From the NCBI GenBank assembly GCA_951406725.2, contig OX597817.1, forward strand, positions 129,518,001 through 129,582,000: a stretch of 64,000 nt of DNA, read 5' to 3'. Source of the stretch: Octopus vulgaris (Eukaryota). Below the pieces are notes generated by a model. That model ran no database searches. It saw only the letters and a program-made list of their open reading frames with translations, and was not told the origin of the DNA. The translations under genes were made by a program, and so were the position numbers. This document shows positions 41,785 through 56,151 of this stretch, in pieces. Within the stretch, counting starts at the first letter, position 1. Each line of letters begins with the position of its first letter.

Positions 41785-41869
<85 letters not shown>

Positions 41870-42445
41870 TAAATTAGAGATAAAACCACTACTAGACAAA
41901 TCAAATAGTGAAAATCATAAGCCAATACATAGCAATAACATTAATTTTTAAAAAATATTAAAAAAATATAAAATATAAATATATAAAAATCCAATTAAAA
42001 TATTTAAATTAATGTTAAAATTCTAAAAAATTATTTAAATTATTAATTTAAACTTATAAATTATAAATATATATATATTTTTATTATTATTTTATTTAAT
42101 TATTTATTTTTTTATATTTTTATCTTTATTTATATTTTTTATTTATTTATTTATTTTATATTTTTATATTTTTTATATTTTTATATTTTTATATTTTTTT
42201 TTTTTTTAAACTATCAAAAAGTATCAATAAGATAAAGAGTAAAAACACTAAGATCGTTTCATACCCGTAACCAATTCGAATAACAATAATTTAAATTCAA
42301 TTAATAATTCATAGGCAACGAATACGAAATCCTAATACTGGACAGATTCCTCTCAGTGAACATTTAAAATTATGTGCAACAAAAAATCACCGAAATTCCT
42401 TCTCACTTAAGTTTTGTACTGTAAAAAAACAAGATCAAATACACA

Positions 42446-42513
<68 letters not shown>

Positions 42514-44142
42514 CAAACACGACCAAGCTGCATGCGGATTGGTCAAAACTGTATTCCAAAACTTTAGCTTGTTGGAGCGTTCTAAGAAATACTACAGTTG
42601 TCAAGAACTAAACTGTCAATTAAATACATTTTGAAATCTGATGATAACTACAAACGTATGAAAGCACTAATTGATCTTTATATACATTACAAAATATGCT
42701 TTTAATGTTAAAATACCATAATAAAAAAGGTGAAACCCGGTCATGTTTTAACTTTTTTCAACTGATATATCATTCTATACACATTCAAACAAATTCGGAA
42801 AAAAATTATATATATGCACATGTATATATACATACACACATACACACACGCATCATCTCCTTCCAGCATTTTACGCATCTTAGATGAAAAGAAGGAAATG
42901 ACCTTGACTTTGTAAGGAGTGTGCTGAAGAGAACTGTCTGCAGCCAATAGTTCATTTATAGATGTACGTTTACTCATATTAAGGAGAACCCTTAAACCTA
43001 ATGCAAAGAAAACTTGTTACATATCTTTTATAAGATATGTAAGATATGTTCAACTTAATCGGCAAGATATCTTACGAAGTTAAAATCATATACATCACAT
43101 GACGTTTTAGATGTAAACATATTTTAGGTTGAATGTTTATGTAGGTATTTCGGAGAGAGAGTTTGGTAATTAAGACAAAAAAAGACATTTAAATGTTTGG
43201 CTGGATTATATATCACATCGTCACACTCTCCAGATATTATCCGGTAAAATGTGTTTAATCTATTTAAACAAATGAAACGGAAAGAAGTTGAAGCACTCAC
43301 CCAAACGTTTGTTGATACTTGTGAAAATTTTGGAATATTCATGAAACAGATATTCATGAAACAGTATAATTTTCATATAATTAAAGGGTATCTCTATATA
43401 TAAGAATCGGAATTCCTAGTACAACTGAAAGGCGTTATAGAAAAAGGTAAATATTCAAGGCGTTGATCAAACTAAGTCTACAGAAGAAGACACTTTTCAA
43501 AAATAACGCACAGTAGAACACAGAACCACATCACTACGACGTTACTTTCTTAACTGCTGGGGCATATCTGGTAATTTATATTGTCAATAGTAACTGAATA
43601 ATTTAAGGTACATCTTTTTGTGCCCTCACGGTTTCATGGACTCAATTCTATATGGCCTCTGCATCTTCAAGAACATCAAGACTATTTTCTTCGTGTGGCC
43701 AGTACTAATCTTGATTTCTGATGTTGACAAAAATTTTCCTGTTTGTGCAAGCTAAAAATTAATACGCAAAGTACCCATGCTTTGTAAGGTAATGATTAAT
43801 ATTGATTTCTAGCATTTACAAAATATTCTTATATTTGTAAGACAATAATTCATACCGAGTTATAAAATTTACAAAAGATTCATCTCATTCTAAATTAATA
43901 TTGATTCAAAAGAAAGAAAAAATGTTGTTTAAGGCAATGATCCGTAATGATGAACGAAAGGCAGCAATTTTTTGTTCGGAATATAATTGAATTAATCAAG
44001 AGCCTGAATTCTTTGAAATTAAAATGTACAGTGACCTGGCAGCTCTATGATCTCTATCTCTCAAAGTCATCAAAGAAATACTTTGTATAAATTATTATAA
44101 ATTGTATTTATTCTCTGAATTGACTTAAGCTATTTCCTCCAG

Positions 44143-44190
44143 TTCTAAATTCAATCAAAGATGAAGCTGATACTGCTATAGCTGAAAACG
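44143..44190 (+). CDS. Micro-exon 18 (48 nt); ILNSIKDEADTAIAEN
   Basis: gctatttcctccag acceptor, gtaagt donor. Confidence 0.8.
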
Positions 44191-45351
44191 GTAAGTCCTT
44201 TGATATACATGTCTGTGTGTATGTATGTGTGTGTGTGCGCTCGCGCGTGGGTGTGTGGTGGTGTGCGTGTGTGTGCCTTGTATGTGTGTGTGTGCGCGTG
44301 AGTATGTGTGGTGTGCATGTGCGTGTTCATGTGTGCAAGTATGTATGTATTTATGTATGGATGGATGGATGTTGTATGTATGTCTGTGAACTTCAAATTA
44401 TCGTGATTGAGATGTGAATAAGACCATGTCCTAAAAAAAACAGCCGATAGTTACATGCGCAGATAGATCAGTATTTCGATGACTCAACAAACCCTTAGTA
44501 TTTCCTGAGGCAATGACACTCCACGATTCCTAATTTAATATGAAATGTATCTTTTTTTTTCTTTTAATAGACACAAAATTTTAGCATTACTGTGTAAACA
44601 ATTTGTTACACTAAAATTTTTATCTCTACGCATTCAGAAGTGACTATTCTATAAATCAATCAATCTATTTAATTATTGCCATATTGAGTAACATGTTTAA
44701 ATTACTTATTTCTTATATCCGCTAAAAGCAACTTTCACTGAATTGCTATACAATAGCCATAACATATAGTTAATCCAGGTCGTGTTGATTCATTGTTTTT
44801 TCCCTTTGCTTTCGTAAAAAAGTATGTTTACCGTCATGGAGATTCTTATAGTAGCAAAGGAATTTTTAACTCCTATTTCTAAATTTGACTGCGACCATCC
44901 TGGAGTATTGCCTTTAGTCGAACAAATCGACCCCAAGACTTATTCTTTGTAAGCCTAGCACTTATTCTACCTCACTCTTTTGCCGAACTGCTAAGTTATG
45001 GGGACGTAAACACGCTAACACCGGTTTTCAAGCGATGGTGGAGGGGGCAAATACAGAAACACAAATACATACAGATATATACGTATGTACGACGGGCTTC
45101 TTTCAGCTTCCGTCTACCAAATCCACTCACAATGCTTTGGTTGGGTCGAGGCTATAGTTGGAGACACTTACCCAAGATGCCACACAGCGCGACTGAACCC
45201 GGATTCCTGTTTAAGGATACCTTCCTTCCTCCCATCTTCCCATGAGTATAAGATGACTTTTAAGGACCCTCCCTACTGACTAAAAGATGAAAAAATAAAA
45301 ACAACTGTCTTCATTTTCAAAATGAACTTGTATTATTTCTTCCATTTCTAG

Positions 45352-45393
45352 ATACTACCAACAGTTCTACAAGTGAAGCAGCAAAAACAGACA
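45352..45393 (+). CDS. Micro-exon 19 (42 nt); DTTNSSTSEAAKTD
   Basis: tattatttcttccatttctag acceptor, gtaagttaat donor. Confidence 0.82.
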
Positions 45394-45844
45394 GTAAGTT
45401 AATATTTTATCTATACTTTTCACACAAAATCATGATCTTAATTACCTTATATTAACATAATATGACCGATAGTTACGCCATTAGACACGAATGTTTTTAT
45501 CCGTCAACGACTCTTTCACTGTTTCCTGAGATACAGACATTCTACAATACTTTCTATGTACGTAGCCATCTTTCTAGAGAGATAACAGTTGCTTGTTTCA
45601 TATAAACGCTGAAATTATTCCTGATTGAGAAGTTACAACGCGGTAACATGTCGTCCATTATGTGAAGCAGAGATCGGAGTTGATGGTAAATGGAAGTCTC
45701 ATATTGATCATTGGATGAATGTCTCAAGAGTCATTGTGAAGTTAATTAATTATTATGCTGGAGTAAAACTTCAGAATAATGCATTCGTTCTCTAGCTCTA
45801 CTTAGTTCTAACTATGTAATCTTATCTGCTAAAGATGCAAAGCT

Positions 45845-46487
45845 TGAAATTAAGGGGAGAGGGTAAGTCGATTACATAAACCTCAGTGCTCAACTGGTAC
45901 TTGTTTTATTGACACCAAAGAAGAAAGTCGATATTGGAAGAATTTGAACTTAGAACAAAAACACGCGAAATGCCTGTTTCTTTATTGTACACAAGGGGCT
46001 AAACATAGAGGGAACAAACAAGGACAGACAAACGGATTAAGTCGATTACATTAACCCCAGTGCGCAACTGGTACTTAATTTATCGACCCCCGAAAGGATG
46101 AACAGCAAAGTTGACCTAGGCGGAATTTGAACTCAGAACGTAACGGCAGACGAAATACCTATTTCTTTACTACCCACAAGGGGCTAAACACAGATAGGAC
46201 AAACAAGGACAGACAAACGGATTAAGTCGATTATATCGACCCCACTGCGTAACTGGTACTTAATTTATCGACCCCGAAAGGATGAAAGGCAAAGTCGACC
46301 TCGACAGAATTTGAACTCAGAACGTAACGGCAGACGAAATACGGCTACGCATTTCGCCCGGCGTGCTAGCGTTTCTGCCAGCTCACCGCCTTAAAGCAAA
46401 GTCGACCTCGGTGGAATTTGAACCCTGGAGGAAATTCCGATAAGCATTTTGCCCGGCGTGCTAACGGTTCGGCCAGTTCGCCGCCTT
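45845..46487 (-). mobile_element. Tandem cluster of family B SINEs
   Basis: Same core repeated ~4 times; other copies near 12520-12676, 13050-13276, 27385-27690, 29915-30187, 52750-53190, 55310-55760, 57440-57800, 58390-58805 and 63050-63490. Confidence 0.85.
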
Positions 46488-46509
46488 GGAACATCGTTAT
46501 ATAATGGTA

Positions 46510-46731
46510 CAGTAATCCTTCGTCATATCGCGGTTCACCTATCTCAGTTTGTTATTTAAGCTTACGTCGATTCCTTCGTGGTGGTGTTTTGCATTTATAA
46601 TAAAATAGATACATACAAATTATAAACATAATTTTAAAAATATACAATACAGTACTGTTTCTACTTCGCAGATTTTCACCTATCGCGGTAGGTTTTGGAC
46701 CGTAACCCCCGCGATAGTCGAGGGATTACTG
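46510..46731. mobile_element. Tigger/pogo-like MITE
   Basis: ta-cagtaatccttcg.catatcgcgg ... ccgcgatagtcgagggattactg-ta. Confidence 0.8.
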
Positions 46732-47245
46732 TATTGTTTAAATATGCGTGGACTGGAAAAGTCGAAAGTGAAAAGGCGGCTTGTAGATAATCGAATCGTG
46801 ATAGTTGACAGTTCAGTTATCAGGTGTTGTCATCGTTGTCGCTGCCGCTGTCGTGGTCGTTATCGATTTGTTATTGTTGTTGTTGCTGTGCTGATTCTCC
46901 TTCTTCTTCTTCTTCTTCTTCTTCCTCTTCTGCCTCCTGCTCCTCCTCCTCTGGTAGTTGTCTTTTCATTGCAGTAAGTGAACTCTGATGAAGCAAATCT
47001 ATGGAAAAAAAGACGTCCAAGCCAAGAAAATATACTCTTTTGGTTTTCAAAATTAATGAATGGAGGACCACATTATCCAAAATAATATTTGTAAATAGAT
47101 ATATATTTTAGGCCTGGACAGTTTATAACAAAATATAACAAAATATTCGGTGTTTCGTTAACGGAGAGATAAACCTTGATGCATTCAAAGTCTACTTCCG
47201 TCTGACGATTTCCAAAATGATTAAAATTTGTGAGACTGAAATAAG

Positions 47246-47294
47246 ATACAGCGTTCATCTCGCTCAGATGAAACTGCTTCTAAGTTGATATACA
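47246..47294 (+). pseudogene. Possible decayed micro-exon with destroyed donor
   Basis: Ctaagttgatatac at 47280 matches the family donor Gtaagttgatatac except at G+1; preceded by SSRSDETAS-like codons; no clean acceptor. Confidence 0.35.
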
Positions 47295-47309
47295 TAAAAT
47301 CAGATCTTT

Positions 47310-47520
47310 TATTTTGTTTCAGTCACTGGCCTGCGGCCATGCAGGAGCATCACCTTTTAGTCAAACTAATCGACCCTCATGACTTATTCTTTGCAAGCCT
47401 AGTACTTATTCTATCCGTTTCTTTTGCTGAACCGCTAAGTTAAAGGGTCATAAACACACCATCATCGGCTGTCAAACGATGGTAGGGGGAACAAACACAG
47501 AAACACAGACATATACATAC

Positions 47521-47586
<66 letters not shown>

Positions 47587-47746
47587 GGCGGGCTTCTTTC
47601 AGTTCCTGTCTACCATAACCACTCACAAAGCTTTGGTCGGCCCGAGGCTATTGTAAAAGACACTTGCCCGAGGTTTCACGCAATGAGACTGAACCCGGAA
47701 TCATGTGCTTGGGAAGCAAGCTTTCTACCACACAACCACACCTGCG

Positions 47747-47748
<2 letters not shown>
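47310..47748 (-). mobile_element. SINE family A
   Basis: Same motifs; further copies or fragments near 22160-22326, 30385-30520, 32255-32450, 44885-45205, 52125-52455 and 56170-56515. Confidence 0.85.
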
Positions 47749-47803
<55 letters not shown>

Positions 47804-47893
47804 AATCCAAACGGGAAACAAAAAAACAACAACAATGGAACAATTACAGTATTATTATTAATAGGCGCTCAGGAAATGGAAGCAGGGAGGTAT

Positions 47894-47920
47894 GACGTTT
47901 CGAGCGGAGCTCTTCGTCGG
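47894..47920 (-). ncRNA. Minimal hammerhead-like motif at a PLE-type end
   Basis: Reverse strand CCGACGA-A-GAGC-UCC-GCUC-GAAAC-GUC; variants at ~13381-13410 (+), 21944-21972 (-), 26815-26842 (-) and 35572-35600 (-). Confidence 0.5.
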
Positions 47921-48094
47921 AAACATAAAGAAGGAAGAGAGAGGAAAGAAAGATCCCGGAGCGGGCAACGGAGATAGAGAAAAAACGACTGGTGTTAGGA
48001 GTTACACATGGTGAAAGGCGGATGTTTACGATAACAAGAGCAAAGTGGGTTTTTAAAGGCAAAAGAGTGGAGACAAGGTTGGTAACGCAACAGA

Positions 48095-49549
48095 TGTGTG
48101 TGTATGTGTGAGTGTGTGCGTGTGCGTGTGTGTATGTGTGTGTGTGAGGCGAGATAAAAAAACAAAAAATATATGTATGTGTTAGTGTGTGCGTCTGTGT
48201 GTAGGCGTGTGAGGTAGGGCGAGACAGTGGTCAGCATAGCAGCAGCATAGCAGACAAAGGTCAGTAGTAAGAAAAGGGAGGAAGGAGGAAGGGAGGGAGG
48301 GGAAGGGGTGGGGGCGTATGTAGCGTGCCAGCGTGTGTTGAGTAGTGGTGTGTGTGTGTGTCCAGTGTCGTGGTAGTATTAGTGGCAAGTAGATTGAATG
48401 TGTGTAAGAGTAATGTATATGTTTAAGCAATGTGTGTATATGTGTGCGCGTGTGTGTAACGAAAAAAAGGGGGGGTTAAGGAAAAGGACTCCAGCGGAGG
48501 GGAAGATGGAAGAGTGGTCCCGCGGAGACGGGCGTGGGAAAACCCAACGACAAGCGACATCCCAGGAACGGGCGGGAGGTCTCGTCGGGTCCAAGGGCGA
48601 GGTGCATGCGGCGCGCATGCGTGCGCGAACCGGCGCAAGCGCGTGTGTGCGCGCGCCTGCGAGTATGCGCGTACGTATGTGTGTGTGTGGATGTGTGAGT
48701 GTGTCTGTGTGTATGTCTGGGTGGCAGTGTGTCCGATGAATGTATGTGAGTAAGTGTGTATATATGTGTGTGCATAGATGTATGTCCGTGTGTGTGTGTG
48801 TGTGTGTATGTGTATGAGTGTGTATGTATGTACGTGTGGGTGTGGGGAAGTGTGTGTATGTGCATGTGTGTGCGCGAACATACAGGTGTGTGAGTGAGTG
48901 CGTGTGTGTGTATGTATGTGTGAGTGTGTATGTATGTGTGTGTAGGATGCATGTATGTGTATGGGTGTATGTATGCGTGTGTGTATGTATGTATGTGTAC
49001 GTGCGTGTGTGTGTGTGTATGCGTGTAGGTGTGCGCGTGTGCATGCGCGCATGTATGTGCGTATGTGTGTGTGTGTGCATGTGTGTGGGTATATATGTGT
49101 GTGCGTATATGTGTGTGTATGTGCGTACATGTGTGTGTGTGTGTGCATGTGTGTGTGTAGGTGTGTAGGCGTGTGTGTATAGGTGTATGTATGTAAGTAT
49201 GTATGGGTGTGTCCGTGTATGTGTGTATGTATGTGTGTGTATGTAGCTGTGTGGGCGTGTGTATATGTGTGTGTATGTAGGTGTGTGGGCGTGTGTATAT
49301 AGGTGTATGTATGTATGTCTGGGTGTGTCCGTGTATGTTTGTGTGTGTGTGTGTATGCATGTGTATGTAGGTGTGTGTGTACCGTGTATGTTTGTGTGTG
49401 TGTGTGTGTGTATGTGTATGTAGGTGTATGTGTGTGGGAGTGTAGGTGTGTGTGTGGGAGTGTAGGTGTGTGTGGGAGTGTAGGTGTGTGTGGGAGTGTA
49501 GGTGTGTGTGTGCGTGTGCGTGTTTATGTTGGTGTGTGCGTATGTGAGT

Positions 49550-49610
<61 letters not shown>
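48095..49610. repeat. Degenerate (GT)n-rich low-complexity tract
   Basis: Source of the long His/Thr and Cys/Val pseudo-ORFs. Confidence 0.9.
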
Positions 49611-49613
<3 letters not shown>

Positions 49614-52000
49614 TAAACTTTTTTTATTAAAACGTTTTCTACAGCATATATAATAAAAATGACCAACATACGTTTCTACAGCAACAACTTCACATTTCTT
49701 TGTATGTCATTATGCATCGTAATCGCTGTAATTTCATCAAGGGTTCATCACTTAGGACGTTTTCAAAGTGAACTAATTCACACAAGCTTCCTGCGTTGGC
49801 ATTCAGTCGGAGGTTATAGCGTTACATTCTGAATCGAATTGAATACTGATCTTATAATCACCTCTACTTGTATTACAATTGAATCGTGGTTCTAAAATGT
49901 TCATTGATATTACAGTTAATTGTAACAATTTTGTTTACATTTTACTGTATGGAGTACATTATTTAGAGGTACTTCACTTACTTTGTGTTTATACCCTCAG
50001 TTAATATCATTGTTATTATTATTATAATTATATTTACTAGTAGTATTTACATGAATATCATTAATTATCACAATCATTATTTTAACTAGTATAATTACTA
50101 TAGATGGTAAGTTATTTTTATTTAAATCATTTAAACGTATATTTTGTCCAGTGTGGACATCTCGTAGCATGTTCTATTCTAGTGTTTATAAGAGTAAATT
50201 TAGAAGTGAAAATTTGGTACATTTCTTCCGCACAAAAGTCACATATATTGTCACTGTTCTATAAGGTTTTGCCTTACGAATTATTACTCAAGCAATGGAA
50301 AATACTTTGTTACTACTTTTTAGTGTCCAAATTAGCTTACTAAGGCTGGTAGTATTCATTTTGTTCCTATTTCTAAACGAACTTAAATGATTGGCAATTC
50401 TTTGCTTAATATAACATGAGTTAGCTTCTGTATAGAAATACTCACTATTCTCTGAGGTAATCTTACATCTGTATACGATATTTTTTATGCCTACAATTAG
50501 AGTTAAGCGGTCAGACCTGCACAATCGTATTTAATAGTTCCTACTTCTATTAATAGCATCGCTTCACGTTCTCTAGATGTAATTTCTATATTTTTCTGTC
50601 TATCTCCTAAGCTATTAGTCTTTTGCACATAGACAACATTCTGAGCGCTCTGTTTTTAGGATTCGCATCTTTTTCTTCCAGGCTAATGGGGGAGTTCACT
50701 CGGGTCTCTTCTATTTTATTGGTTGTCAAACCAGAGTTCCAATCCTGATATCTAATTGTGTTACTTATGGTTTGTTCGCTCATGTTAACATTGTTGATAT
50801 TTATTGATCTATAATTATAATTCTGGCTACTATTGTTGCTATTGTTCATATGGAAACTGTTAAATTTACTAGCGTTGTGTGTTGCTATAATTTGTACTAA
50901 ATTTTTGCTATTAGGAAAAGCTAATCTATGTTATAAAAATTCTATAGTATTTACTGTCTTTTGGAAAATGTTTAGTCAATGCCAGATAAGACAATTTTGG
51001 TATATTGGAAATTATTTGTTTTCCGAAGGGAATTATATACAATTCGATACAACTAGAGGTATCTATGTTATTGAAGTATATATTTCTATTTCGACCTAAA
51101 CTTTTTGTAAAAGTGTGTAATCTATTTATTTGGTTCTTATTACGAAATTGGGTTTGTTTGCTTTTATATTTGTCATTATATGTGTCAGTTTTTGTATAGT
51201 ACTATTTACAAAGCTTATGTATTGTTTATCTCCCCTATTTGAATAGGACTTCTTAGTAGGTCCATTCATATTTAAGCCACTCTATTCTTTATTTGGCACA
51301 GATTCATGTAAATTTTGACTCTTCTTTTTGTTTCTAGGTACTCTGTTGTTATATTCTAATTGCACAGACTTCCTATTTTTAACTCTTCCTACTATCCGTT
51401 GTTTTTGGTTAGTGGTGTTCTTCATATTATACATACTATTTTGATTATTGTCGGGATAGTCCATCCCATTACTTATTTCCATTATTACTACTGTTAAAGA
51501 ATTTTCATTTTTCTCTAAATCACACCTTTTCCAATGCTAAATTATAAAAGTCATCATTTAGTTTAAATACTTCTTCGTGCGCTTGAGATTTAGTAATGCG
51601 GATTGATATATTTTCTACGGTAGATCAGGCTATAGTTTTTGGGTGATTGCTATTTTTATGAATGTGTCTAAGGTTCGTATTGGGTTTATGATATGGCCTG
51701 TATACACCTGTACTTAGATTTAAATTAACATCAAGAAAGTTACCTGAGTTATGCTCCTCTTGTATTGATATTTGAAGTCCTGTGTTTTTAACGAACCTAA
51801 AACATTTTTTCCTACATTTTTCCTGTGTCCGGATTTGAGGGATTAAACAGGGCGAAAAGAGTATCATCCCTATATAGACCACTCCTATTTCAGGAAGTTC
51901 CTTATACGAGCATAATAAAATGTATAACCCTACTAGGTTCGTTACCTGTGCAGAGTCTGTCAATCCCATAGTTATATTGAATATCTCTGGTTTATCCTTT
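49600..52000 (-). mobile_element. Highly degenerate Penelope-like element
   Basis: MG..DSAQVTNLVGLYIL, NFLDVNLNL..GVYRPYHKPN..HIHKNSNHP, and GIY-YIG-like NIVYRCKI...KQRIANHLSSF. Confidence 0.75.
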
Positions 52001-52066
52001 ATATATCATGTTTTCAGTCTGCAGAGAAATGGCTAAAATTTCTGTTTATAGTTACGCCATGTGTTA

Positions 52067-52125
<59 letters not shown>

Positions 52126-53703
52126 GACGAGTTTCTGTCTACCAAATCCACTCACAAGGCTTTGGTGCACCCAAGTTTATAATAAAGACACTTGCCCAAG
52201 ATATGACACAGTGAGACTGAACTGAAAATCACATTGTTGTGTGTGTGCGTGTCTGTATTTGTCCACCCCACCTCTGTTCACAACCGGTATTGGTGTTTTA
52301 CGTCTCCGTTACCAGCGGTTCGACAAAAGAGATCGATAGAATAAGTACCAGGTTTTAAAAAATTATTATGGTCGATTCATTCGATTAAAAATTCTTCAAG
52401 ACGATGCCCCAGCATGGCCGCAGTCTAATGACTGAAAAAAGTAAATGGTAAAAGATAGACACTAACCAATACAGAATTTTCATTATTTCACATCAATTAT
52501 GTATACTTAGAAGAACTAGGTTGAAGGTCCTGACACCACCAACACAGAACTTAAGTTTTAACAGAATAATCAACAGCAGTAGAATAACGCAACTCCATCA
52601 TATTATTGATGCATTTTTTTTTATCAAAAAGGTTATGAATGGTGAAATTTACCACGGAAATTTTTCAGTATTTTAACTCAAACTAGACTTAAATACAAGA
52701 AATTTCATCTAGAACTCAGTTATTAATGCTAATTTATCGACCAAATATATTTCTTTACTACCCACAAGGGGCTAAACACAGATAGGAAAAACAAGGACAG
52801 ACAAACGGATTAAGTCGATTATATCGACCCCAGTGCGTAATTGGTACTTATTTAATCGACCCCGAAAGGATGAAAGGCAAAGTCGACCTCGACGGAATTT
52901 GAACTCAGAACGTAACGGCAGACGAAATACGGCTACGCATTTCGCCCGGTGTGCTAGCGTTTCTGCCAGCTCGCCAACCGAATAGGCGTTGAACTGGCAG
53001 AGTCGTTAGAGCATCTGACAAAAGGCATAGTGACATTTCTTTCCGGTGTTACGTTCTGGTTCAAATTCCGGCGAGATCGATTTTGCATTTTATCCTTTCC
53101 GGGTCGATAAAGTAAGTAGGAGTTGGGTGCTGAAGTTGATGTAATGGACTGGCCCTCTTCTCTAAAAAAAATTCAGTCCTTGAGTAGAAAGGGAAAAAAA
53201 GATCATTGACCTAACAAAATAAAGTAGTGCTGTCTTTTGTGACGTGTCCACGAAATACCAATAGTGATGAATAGGAATTGTGATTGTAATTTTCTTTTTC
53301 TCATGACATAAATGGTGCAATTGAAGTAAAATATTTTCTATCAGGAACTGATTCCTTATTGTAGTCACAACTTATTGCAATATTATATATTTTTCTACGA
53401 AAATATTTATTTCCGCTGAAGGTTAAGGTCTGTATATTTTGAGCGATATACTCTCCTGTGATTGGTTCTATTAATTTACTTATAATAATTTTAATATCCA
53501 AAAAGATGAAATGCAAAATTGATTCCGGGGAAGCTGGAACTCAGAACGTAAAGAGGCTTGCTAAAATATATAAATAAAATAAAATTGCCCGCTGTATTTA
53601 TTGTGGTATTCTACCGATTCTGTTACCATTATTAACGGAATATTTATTATTTATCTTTGTTTTAACAACTAACTTATGATGTTATATTTTTTTCCAATTC
53701 TAG

Positions 53704-53733
53704 ATGTAACTACTGCTCCTGCTATTTCAGAGG
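53704..53733 (+). CDS. Micro-exon 20 (30 nt); NVTTAPAISE
   Basis: atgttatatttttttccaattctag acceptor, gtaagttgatac donor. Confidence 0.8.
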
Positions 53734-53751
53734 GTAAGTTGATACGCACAG

Positions 53752-53801
<50 letters not shown>

Positions 53802-54973
53802 CATATGGCAGTCTTATCTAATGTGTCTGTGTGTGCTTGAGAAAGAGAGCGAGAGAGGGGGAGACAGACAAAAAGTGAGACAGAGACTGACAGACAGACA
53901 AACAGACAGACAGAAATGCGGGCAATGAAGTCAATAAGGTTGATGTTAACCTTGAACATATGTAGGTTCATAACTGCAGATAATACTCGGGCCGAGGCAC
54001 AGTTTTAGATGGTTGCAGTTCTGGAAAGAGTGGAATAAGAAAAATACATAGTGAGGAATGTCTTCAATGGTAGCCGAAATATTCTTACGCTATCAATGAG
54101 CTATGTCGAGGCCATGAACGTCTATCGTAGATTTTGTAATGTATCTGAGATGACGTTATACATGTGAGATTACTAAGATATTTCATTGCAGATTGTAAGA
54201 TTTAAGATTTGGAGGTACCTTGGTAGGTAAACTTTGTGTGTTTCGCAAATGTAAAGACAGAGGAGTTTATAGCTATTTTCTTTACAATATATAATCAATG
54301 TGTCTTTTTGTTCTTTAAAGAAATCAAATTGTCCCAAATTAAAGAAATTTCTTTAATGATCACTGGGATTAGTAATAAGCAGAGTTTGTTTTTTATAGAT
54401 ATATCGTTGGTTTCGTTGAGGAGTATTGCATTGTTTGGTTAACTCGACTGCCTATCTATTGAACTTAGTGGGAGAGGAGCAGTGTATTCCACACATACTT
54501 CTAATATCAACGCAATTCTTAAGAGGTATCAGCATGGCAGTGTGCAATAAGGGCGAACCTTTGAATTACATGTACAATACCAACATCTGATAGGTAACCA
54601 GTCCCTGACTATCCACTCATTCACAAGGTTTGGGTCGAACTGAAATTAAAGTAGAAAAGCTTTGCCCGTAGTGTCACGCAGTTTTCTTGAACTCACGCCC
54701 TATGATGGTGAAGCAAACTTCTTAACAATTTTGTCATGCCTACATTTACTGATGTCCCCTAGTGGATAGTTATAACAAGGGAGATAATTATTTCCTCATT
54801 ATCTCTTTAAGTTTATATTTTTCATGTAATCTTTATTAGCTTTTTATAATTAGTTTGAAACAGCAGAATTCCTAAAAATTGGACGTAGTCGAGTATTTAA
54901 TGAAACAAATATACATACGTGTGTCTTTGTGCGCGTGTGTGTGTGTGTGTGTGTGTGTATGTGTTAGTATGTG

Positions 54974-55007
<34 letters not shown>

Positions 55008-56112
55008 TGTGCAGAATAAACTAGAGACCAATACGAATTGTGAAAAGAATGGATCATGCGAAGTATTTAATGTAGAATACGACAGATTTGAGAGATCAAG
55101 GCATTAATAGACCTAAGCCAATAGTAGGAGATGCCCAAGCTGGGGCATCAAACTACTGACCCATGTAGCCGCAAAGCAAATTCATTTTCGGTATTAACCG
55201 ATTTATTTAAGTTAGACTTTCAAAACCTCTAGGGCATGTCTATAATTTCAGTTTTGCATTGCTTCTTCCAGTTAATATGCAATGTTATTGTCTTTGTAAG
55301 GAAAGAACTAATATTGGTTTTAAATTTTGGCACACGGCTAGTAATGAAAGACAAAGTCGACCTCAGTAGAATATAAACTCAGAACGTAAAGACGGACAAA
55401 ATGCCGCTAAGTATTTGGCCTGGAGTGCTAACGATTCTGCCAGCTCACCGGTTTAAAGCAAGAACTGATATTGGTTTCAAATTTTGGCACAAGGACAGCA
55501 ATTTCGGGGAATGGGTAAGTCGATTGCATCGACTCCAGTGCTCAACTGGTACATATTTTATCAATCCACCTCGGTGGAATTTGAACTCATAACGTAGAGA
55601 CGGATGAAATGCCGCTAAGCATTTTTCCCGGTGTGCTAATGATTCTGCTAGTTCCCCGCCTTAAAAGTCAAGTCGATCTCGGTGAAATATGAAATCAGAA
55701 CGTAATCGAGATTACCTGAATATTTCGTCCGCGGTGCTAACGATTCCGCCAGCTCGCTGTTAGAGGCAAGAACTAATATTGATTTTTAAAAATAGGCAAA
55801 AGTTATGACGCTTTTGTAAGCTAATGATAAGTATTGATTTATAATCTAGGTCAAAGGCTACCTTTCTTTTAGTTAGAGTATAACTGATTTAATCAACGCC
55901 TCCCACCACACCTAAAACTTTGCCGGTGCATACACTCCATAATCCGACAGAGTTTAAGATGACTACGTAAACAGCTGTAACTAAATACTCTCAAGCATTT
56001 CGTTCGACGCTCTACAGATTCTGTTTCTGCATTATCTTATATTGCTTATGATACATTATTTCATGTCGATTTTATTATTAGAAATGTTTTATGCTATTTC
56101 TTGTAATTCTAC

Positions 56113-56151
56113 AAAATGGCACGGATACAGCTGTTTCTGAGAAAGCTTCAA
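56113..56151 (+). pseudogene. Decayed 39-nt micro-exon (ENGTDTAVSEKAS)
   Basis: Family-type context, but acceptor reads ttctAC instead of ttctAG and donor is gtagttgat; second decayed copy at ~56575-56613. Confidence 0.6.

Noticed and set aside
46960-47060. Strong-looking acceptor ttttcattgcag at 46974
   Set aside because: Phase-1 frame hits TGA after three codons and no suitable donor follows
48398-48753. GC/CpG-rich patch with short ORFs inside the GT tract
   Set aside because: No splice or promoter evidence; probably part of a repeat element; cannot be supported as a gene
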